This document shows positions 26,641-32,000 of a DNA stretch of 32,000 bases, piece by piece. Every line of letters starts with the position of its first letter. The first letter of the stretch is position 1. The stretch comes from Propionibacteriaceae bacterium (GTDB taxonomy: Bacteria; Actinomycetota; Actinomycetes; Propionibacteriales; Propionibacteriaceae). Made by a program: the position numbers and the translations under genes. The DNA lies in contig JAIRQE010000008.1 of assembly GCA_031256725.1 (NCBI GenBank), forward strand, positions 1-32,000. Direction: 5' to 3'. The notes beneath the pieces are model-generated. The model searched no databases. It had not been told where the DNA came from and was given only the letters and a program-made list of their open reading frames with translations.

Positions 26641-27681
26641 ATGAGCAAACGGAAGAGCACGGCTGGCATTATCGTGGCGGGGGTGCTACTCGGAGGCACT
26701 TTGGTGGCTGGCTCCTTGGTGGGTCAGGCATGGTGCGCTCGTACTCTTGAACCGCAGGCCGAGGCGGCCTTGCAAGAGGCAGGCATCACCGACATTGATG
26801 TGTCATTCCAAGGACGTGAGGCATTTCTCAGCGGATCTGAGAAAACCCAGGCTCAACTCGACGAGGCTAAGGCTATCGTTGAGGCGGTCGATGGTGTCCG
26901 ATGGGCGAAGATCACTGGAGATATCGCGCCTGAACCTCTCCCCCAACCTGAGGTACGCGTAGCCACCAATTCCACTGGTGTCGTGCTCTCGGGAACGGTG
27001 TCCACACAGGCTGAGGCTGACGTCCTTGCCGCAGAGATCGAGAAGGTCTTTGGCGGGCCGGTCACCAATCAGATGACCGTGGATCCCAAGGTTGAGTCTG
27101 CTGGCTGGGTGAGTGAACTCACTGATGCCCTTGAAACATCACCGCCAGTTGCAGGCGGCTCACTGAACGCAGGTACAGAAGAAATCACCGTTACTGGCAC
27201 GGTCACTAGTGAAACTGATCTAGCAACCCTTGAACAGGCTTTCGACAAGATCTCTGTACCCGCGACAACCGATGTGACTGTGAGTGCTCCTGAACCAGAG
27301 CCAGAACCTGAACCGGAGCCCCAACCCGAGTTGACCCAAGATGAGATCAATACGGTCAATTCAGCATCGGTACGTTTCGGCCAGGGGCAGTACACGCTCA
27401 CCGATTCTACAAAGCGACAGATTGATTCGATCATTCCTCTACTCAAGAAGTCGACTTCAGCACTCACTGTGAAAGGGTATGTTTCTGTACCCCACAGCGA
27501 AGGCAACGAGATACGGGACTCTAAAAAGCGCGCTCAAGCCCTCGCTGACTACCTCATTTCCCAAGGGATCGACTCTTCACGGATCACCGTGGAGGGACGC
27601 GGTACAGCCGATCCCATCGCATCCAACAATACCGAAGCGGGCCGCCTCGCCAACCAACGAGCGACCATCACGCTCGCCTAG
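26641..27681 (+). CDS. Membrane-anchored BON-domain / OmpA-C-like peptidoglycan-binding protein (ArfA/OmpATb-like architecture)
   Basis: N-terminal TM, two BON-like segments (..REAFLSGSEKTQAQLDEAKAIVEAVDGV.., ..VVLSGTVSTQAEADVLAAEIEKVFG..), a PEPEPEPEPEPQPE linker, and an OmpA-like C-terminus (VRFGQGQYTL..NQRATITL). I prefer the start at ATG 26641 (MSKRK). Confidence 0.82.
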   Translation: MSKRKSTAGIIVAGVLLGGTLVAGSLVGQAWCARTLEPQAEAALQEAGITDIDVSFQGREAFLSGSEKTQAQLDEAKAIVEAVDGVRWAKITGDIAPEPLPQPEVRVATNSTGVVLSGTVSTQAEADVLAAEIEKVFGGPVTNQMTVDPKVESAGWVSELTDALETSPPVAGGSLNAGTEEITVTGTVTSETDLATLEQAFDKISVPATTDVTVSAPEPEPEPEPEPQPELTQDEINTVNSASVRFGQGQYTLTDSTKRQIDSIIPLLKKSTSALTVKGYVSVPHSEGNEIRDSKKRAQALADYLISQGIDSSRITVEGRGTADPIASNNTEAGRLANQRATITLA

Positions 27682-27705
27682 AACCAACCCAAGGAGAGAA
27701 TAACA

Positions 27706-28848
27706 ATGTCTTGGTTTACCACTGGTGAAATCCTAATCTGGTTAATCCTGGCCGCCCTGCTCGCATTCCTTCTCGGCTGGCTCATTCGTGGCCTTGGGTA
27801 CGGGCGCAAGATCGCCAAGCTCAAAAACGAACTGAAGGATCTACGCAAGGAAAACGATGATCTGCGTGATCGACTCAGGGACTGCCGTTGTGGACTGAGG
27901 TCCTCAGCCCATGGTTCTTATAGGGTGGCGCAGACCCTTGAGGTGGACACCTACCCAGTAAAAGATGTCCATGATCCCGAGCTTGACACCGATTTGGATG
28001 CTGATCCTGAGAACGACTACGAAGATTTCGACTACTATGACGACTTCGAGGGTAACCTGGAAGGTGACCTTGAAGAAGATTACGCCGACTTTAACGACTC
28101 GGATGAGACTGACACGTCGGCTGAGGATGCCTCCAAACTCGCCGCAGCAGCAAGCATCGCTCGAATCAAGTCTGCCAGCAGGGACTCTGACATAGAATCG
28201 GAGACTTCCGAGATAGTTTCGTCAACACCTTCACACTTCGAAGACCTGGATCTGTCTGAGATCTCAAATGCGCTTGTCAAGGCACCCGTACAACCCAGTT
28301 CAGCTGCAGCCAGGGAAGCTGCTGCAGCCATCAAGCGGATCAAAGCGGAGACAAAGGCAGCTCACGAAGCTGACGTCAAGGCAGCCAAGGCAGCCGCAGC
28401 TAAGGCGGCTAAGGCAGCCAAGACAACAGCCACCAAGTCACCCGCCAAGGGAACCAAGACTGCGACCGCCAAGGAAACCAAACCGAAGGCCAGCACGTCT
28501 TCCAAGGGTTCCAGGTCAAAGTCCACGCGTAGTACAACTGCTCCCTCCACGCAGGAAGCCCGCAAGATGATGGTTGATATTGCCGCTCGTACAGCTGGTA
28601 CGAAGCCTGTCGAAAAGGATGACCTCCGCGATGTCCACGGTATCGGTGAGGTCCTGTCGAAGCTGCTCTATTCTATGAACATCACAAGCTTCCGTCAGGT
28701 TGCCCGCTTCGAGGCCGACGACATCGAAACTATCGCCAGTGCCTTGGAATGCTTCCCTGATCGCATTGAGCGTGACGACTGGATGTCCTCGGCTCGTCAA
28801 CTCCATATCGATAAGTACGGCGATGACCCCCTAGATGAGGATTCATAA
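27706..28848 (+). CDS. Membrane-anchored protein: coiled coil, acidic region, Lys/Ala-rich region and a C-terminal HhH-like domain
   Basis: N-terminal TM (ILIWLILAALLAFLLGWLI), KLKNELKDLRKENDDLRDRL, a D/E/Y-rich block and AKAAKAAAAKAAKAAK. The C-terminus DDLRDVHGIGEVLSKLL..FEADDIETIA..RIERDDWMSSARQL resembles the extension seen on some NuoE and other proteins. Confidence 0.7.
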   Translation: MSWFTTGEILIWLILAALLAFLLGWLIRGLGYGRKIAKLKNELKDLRKENDDLRDRLRDCRCGLRSSAHGSYRVAQTLEVDTYPVKDVHDPELDTDLDADPENDYEDFDYYDDFEGNLEGDLEEDYADFNDSDETDTSAEDASKLAAAASIARIKSASRDSDIESETSEIVSSTPSHFEDLDLSEISNALVKAPVQPSSAAAREAAAAIKRIKAETKAAHEADVKAAKAAAAKAAKAAKTTATKSPAKGTKTATAKETKPKASTSSKGSRSKSTRSTTAPSTQEARKMMVDIAARTAGTKPVEKDDLRDVHGIGEVLSKLLYSMNITSFRQVARFEADDIETIASALECFPDRIERDDWMSSARQLHIDKYGDDPLDEDS

Positions 28849-28873
28849 TCTGGGGTCACCCCTCATAACCTCT

Positions 28874-28911
28874 GAGATCCACCTTCGACACCGAGGGTGG
28901 ATCTCTTTTTT
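28874..28911 (+). terminator. Rho-independent terminator
   Basis: 10-bp stem GAGATCCACC/GGTGGATCTC, a 12-nt loop, then TTTTTT (28906-28911). Confidence 0.8.
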
Positions 28912-28951
28912 CCTTCCACGAAGACCCTTGAGATGACCTAACCCGATAATT

Positions 28952-29146
28952 GTGAACGATGATCGTGTGGCTATCCGTATCACTTCACGACGCGGCAATG
29001 CCGTACTCCTATCAGAGGGAGACTATGACTCCCTTGAAGAGACTGCGTACCTGTTCCGTTCCCCTGCTAATGCTCGTCGCTTGATGGAAGCTGATGCAGC
29101 GCTGAGACCTGGTGAAGGTGTGACCACCGATCTGGATCGTACATGA
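28952..29146 (+). pseudogene. Phd/YefM-family antitoxin, N-terminally truncated
   Basis: The central and C-terminal YefM pattern is retained (..RRGNAVLLSEGDYDSLEETAYLFRSPANARRLMEADAAL..). It lacks about 20-25 N-terminal residues, stop codons lie just upstream, and the start would be GTG. Confidence 0.6.
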
Positions 29147-29226
29147 ACATCATCTTCGCTCCACAAGGTTTCGAGGATTATCACTACTGGCAAAACAATG
29201 ACCGTGCAATCCTACACGGAGACTAG
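29143..29226 (+). pseudogene. YoeB/Txe-family toxin remnant (27 codons)
   Basis: MNIIFAPQGFEDYHYWQNNDRAILHGD* matches the YoeB N-terminus (MKLIWSEESWDDYLYWQETDKRI..) and then stops. Its ATG overlaps the antitoxin stop (ATGA). Confidence 0.6.
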
Positions 29227-29588
29227 GAGCTCTTCTGTGTGGCTAGAAGGTCGCGGATCTCCACGAGTACGTCCATCTCGGTCACAGCGACCTCAGGCTC
29301 CTCTTTGCGGAATCGCTCACGTAGCGCAGACATAGGCTTGACGATACACCAGTACAGCACACTCGCGATCAGCAGGAATGCAATCAGAGAACTGATGAAC
29401 TCCCCTATGTTGACTCCAGCGACAGTCACTGTCGAGAAATCGGGGGTACCACCCAGGATCCTCGAAATGATGCTCATGATGAGATCGCTGAAGGATTTGG
29501 TGAGGTCACCAAAGGCTGCGCCCATGATGAACGCAACGGCCAATTCCAACAGATTGCCACGAACCAGAAAGTCCCTGAACCCTTTCAT
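29223..29588 (-). CDS. mscL: Large-conductance mechanosensitive channel
   Basis: MKGFRDFLVRGNLLELAVAFIMGAAFG.. is the canonical MscL N-terminus. I moved the start to this Met (29588); the track start is 29639. Confidence 0.9.
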   Translation of the reverse strand: MKGFRDFLVRGNLLELAVAFIMGAAFGDLTKSFSDLIMSIISRILGGTPDFSTVTVAGVNIGEFISSLIAFLLIASVLYWCIVKPMSALRERFRKEEPEVAVTEMDVLVEIRDLLATQKSS

Positions 29589-30112
29589 GTCTCTCCTTAC
29601 ATAGAGTACCTTGCCCTGGCAGCCTATGCTGCCCCTCACTCAACGTACTCAAGCGGTCAGTATTTGGGCAGTCTCTGTTGGAGTTACCGAATCACCCCTC
29701 AGTTTTTGCTCACACCCGCATTCTGTGCTCACATACTCTCATTCTACGCTCTCACCGCGTCATTCTGCGTGGAGTCGAAGAATCCAGGAATATTGTTTTT
29801 GCTATGAAAATGTGGGGAGAGTGGGATTATTCCAAACACATTCACGCAGTTGTTTCCCTTGGAAACAACTCCTCCATTCGGGAATACGGCCTTGACCAGT
29901 TGGTGGATCGATTTTACCCCACTGCACTTCCGAAAGAACCCTGGTTGGTTGATCCAATGACGTGGGCTTAACCCTGAGCTGAATAGAGGATGTCGATCAC
30001 GAAGACGGTCACGGTCCTGGACAGATGTATTCCACTCTCCCCAGTCGTTGATACATCAATGGTTTGGTGGTCGGCATTCAAGGGAGGATGAGAGGACGAC
30101 GGAAATAAGTGG

Positions 30113-30820
30113 CTAGAGTCCGGCGGTTTCCAGGGTGGACTCGTCAGCGAGTAATCCAGTACCGGAATCCTCGACTAGTTTTCCTTTTTGCACTAGGAGT
30201 ACACGTGTACACACCTGCTCAGCGAAGGAGAGGTCATGGGTGGCAATCAACTTGCCTTGGGGTAGTTCACCCAGGATTGAGGTGAGGTTTCGCCGAGCCC
30301 TGGGATCCAGGAAAGCAGTGGGCTCATCGAAGAGAAGGAATGTGGGTGAGAGTGCCAGGACTGTACCAATGGCAGCTAAGCGCTTCTCCCCAGACGAGAG
30401 TTTCAGGGGGGAACGTTCCCCCAAGTGTACTATTCCTAATTCTTCTAGAGCTGAGGTGACCCGTGATGCAGTCTCGGCCTCGTCGTACCCGAAACTTCTG
30501 GGGCCGAAACCAATGTCCTCCCCAATGGTGGGCATGAACAATTGGTCATCGGGGTTCTGGAAGACCAAGCCGACCTGGGAGCGAATCTGGCGAAGGTTGT
30601 CTTTAGATAGGGGAAGATCGTTGATGAGGATCTCGCCGCTGGCGGGGGTCAGGATTCCCACAAGGGAAAGCAGGAGGGAGGTTTTGCCAGCACCATTGGC
30701 TCCGATGAGGGCAACGTTTTCTCCGGCAGCGACAGAGAAACTGAGGCCATCGACCGCTCTCGTACCATCGGCGTAGTCGATGATGAGATCCTTGACGTGA
30801 AGCACAAGACACCTACCCAA
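30113..30820 (-). CDS. cbiO: Cobalt/nickel ECF transporter ATPase (CbiO/EcfA type)
   Basis: Walker A GANGAGKTS, signature LSSGEKRLA, Walker B LLFDEPTA. It follows cbiQ with an 8-nt overlap. Confidence 0.82.
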   Translation of the reverse strand: MGRCLVLHVKDLIIDYADGTRAVDGLSFSVAAGENVALIGANGAGKTSLLLSLVGILTPASGEILINDLPLSKDNLRQIRSQVGLVFQNPDDQLFMPTIGEDIGFGPRSFGYDEAETASRVTSALEELGIVHLGERSPLKLSSGEKRLAAIGTVLALSPTFLLFDEPTAFLDPRARRNLTSILGELPQGKLIATHDLSFAEQVCTRVLLVQKGKLVEDSGTGLLADESTLETAGL

Positions 30821-31589
30821 TCACAATGAAGCGTAGTAGAACGGTTGGCAAGCACACCAAGGCTAGCGCAAACAGATCCACCCCGCCGAGCTTGCGCGGC
30901 GCCCTGGGAATCTCGTGAAGGGAGTACCCACGACAGCTCATGGCTGCGTGTACCCTCTCTGCCCTGTCGAAACTGCGTAGAACAAGCTGACCAAGGAAGG
31001 ACCCCATATGCTTCATTTCAAGGGCCTTTCGATTCCCGGATCTGAGGCGATAGGCGGTCATCATCGAGTGGACTTCCTCCAGGAGTACCGCGATGTAGCG
31101 GAAGGTCATCTCGAAGACCATCACGAAAATCGTGGGTACTCTCAGTCGTCGCAATTGGGTTGTCAGGTCAATGAAGGGCGTTGTCGCGACAAGGATGAGG
31201 ACAGCCATCACACTGAGGTACATCTTCACAAGGATAGTTGCGAGAGAAACCATGCCGAGGCTGACGGTCACTGATCCGATGGTGAAGGCCGGCCCCCGGT
31301 CGAAGATCACATTCGAAATCCCCCCAAACAAACAGAAGGGCAAGGCGATGAGTACCCGTGACAGCATGAGTTTGTACGGCAGTTCCGCAATAGCCATCAT
31401 CACGAAGGGAAAGAAGAGGTAGATCGTGAGCCCGGCAAAAGAGTACCGGGAGCAGGAGACCACAAACACAATGAAGACAAGAGTGTAGATCAGTTTCACG
31501 AGAGGGTGGAGACGGTGAATGACTGTTCTACCCGCGGCAAGGTTTTCGAGGGCTCGAAGTTCGTGGACGCGTGCGCCGATGTCAGGCAT
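30813..31589 (-). CDS. cbiQ: Cobalt/nickel ECF transporter T component (CbiQ)
   Basis: Multi-TM protein with the AMSCRGYS coupling motif, in a cbiQ-cbiO arrangement. Confidence 0.82.
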   Translation of the reverse strand: MPDIGARVHELRALENLAAGRTVIHRLHPLVKLIYTLVFIVFVVSCSRYSFAGLTIYLFFPFVMMAIAELPYKLMLSRVLIALPFCLFGGISNVIFDRGPAFTIGSVTVSLGMVSLATILVKMYLSVMAVLILVATTPFIDLTTQLRRLRVPTIFVMVFEMTFRYIAVLLEEVHSMMTAYRLRSGNRKALEMKHMGSFLGQLVLRSFDRAERVHAAMSCRGYSLHEIPRAPRKLGGVDLFALALVCLPTVLLRFIVIG

Positions 31590-31992
31590 CGGTCTCGACA
31601 GATCTACGCTTCTTCACCCTTGAGATGATGATACCTGTAGCAGCCGCAACAAGGAAGGTGATTCCTGCCCCGACTAGACCAGCGACTGTTGTACCGAGGG
31701 AGTTATCGGGATCAGCCCCAAACCCATAGTCGGGCAGGATGGATGTCTTCTCTTGGGCCTCAGCTGCGCCTTCATGGATGACCCCCGAGCCCTCCAGTTC
31801 GGTTTCTTCACCAAGACTCTGCTCGGTGGTTTTCCCGATCGCCCACTCCAAACCATCAGGATGGGTGGATGCGACCAAGGAGAGCCCGCCAGCAATGATG
31901 ACAGTCGAGATGGCCAGGGCGATCAGTACCTTCCTGGTTGACCCCCCGATGGGTTTGCCAAGAGACTGGGCTTCAATAATCTCAGCTCTCAT
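31582..31992 (-). CDS. PDGLE-domain membrane protein (CbiN-like accessory or C-terminal part of a CbiM fusion), possibly 5'-partial
   Basis: Contains STHPDGLEW between two TM helices. The frame stays open upstream of the Met to the window edge, so the true start may lie outside the window. Confidence 0.55.
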   Translation of the reverse strand: MRAEIIEAQSLGKPIGGSTRKVLIALAISTVIIAGGLSLVASTHPDGLEWAIGKTTEQSLGEETELEGSGVIHEGAAEAQEKTSILPDYGFGADPDNSLGTTVAGLVGAGITFLVAAATGIIISRVKKRRSVETDA

Positions 31993-32000
31993 GGAGTAGA

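Noticed and set aside
27285-27335. The PEPEPEPEPEPQPE-coding low-complexity tract, considered as a possible DNA repeat element.
   Set aside because: It is an in-frame interdomain linker within the BON/OmpA-like gene, not an independent repeat feature.
29611-29971. Two overlapping plus-strand ORFs (94 and 97 aa), including a possible 55-aa MKMWGEWDYSKHIH.. peptide.
   Set aside because: No SD or recognisable domain is present, and the N-terminal halves are translations of the direct-repeat region. I cannot exclude a small protein from the ATG near 29804, but there is no positive evidence for one.

Overview
The window looks like a core chromosomal segment of a mid-GC Actinomycetota genome. Supporting signs are fdxA-dapC synteny, a 6C-type sRNA, DUF3618- and DUF4352-like proteins, and mscL. 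All calls come from reading the sequence and ORF translations by eye; no searches were run.

Layout, left to right:
- araB-araD-araA on the minus strand, with a divergent LacI-type regulator and a palindromic operator between them.
- A five-gene minus-strand operon behind a cobalamin riboswitch. It encodes two secreted, membrane-anchored proteins with DUF4430/transcobalamin-like domains, then EcfT, a fused EcfA-A' ATPase and an S component.
- An AT-rich spacer and an intact IS481-family element.
- dapC-fdxA.
- A divergent, translationally coupled pair: a P-loop GTPase with C-terminal hydrophobic segments, plus an unrecognisable 116-aa protein. This is my top candidate for an undescribed system.
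- Two Pro-rich, single-TM, DUF4352-like proteins flanking fadD.
- A 6C-like sRNA, then a second LacI regulator, a GroES-like protein, a DUF3618 protein and bcp.
- tRNA-Leu(TAG), then a T-box leader (apparent UGG specifier) in front of trpB2.
- A frameshifted DUF3995-like gene carrying a 16-bp tandem duplication.
- A BON/OmpA-like protein, and a membrane-anchored acidic/Lys-Ala-rich protein with an HhH-like C-terminal domain.
- A decayed yefM-yoeB remnant abutting mscL.
- The 3' part of a cbi(M/N)QO-type cobalt/nickel ECF transporter, running off the window.

Most other track ORFs are antisense or overlapping frames inside these genes and are treated as spurious.
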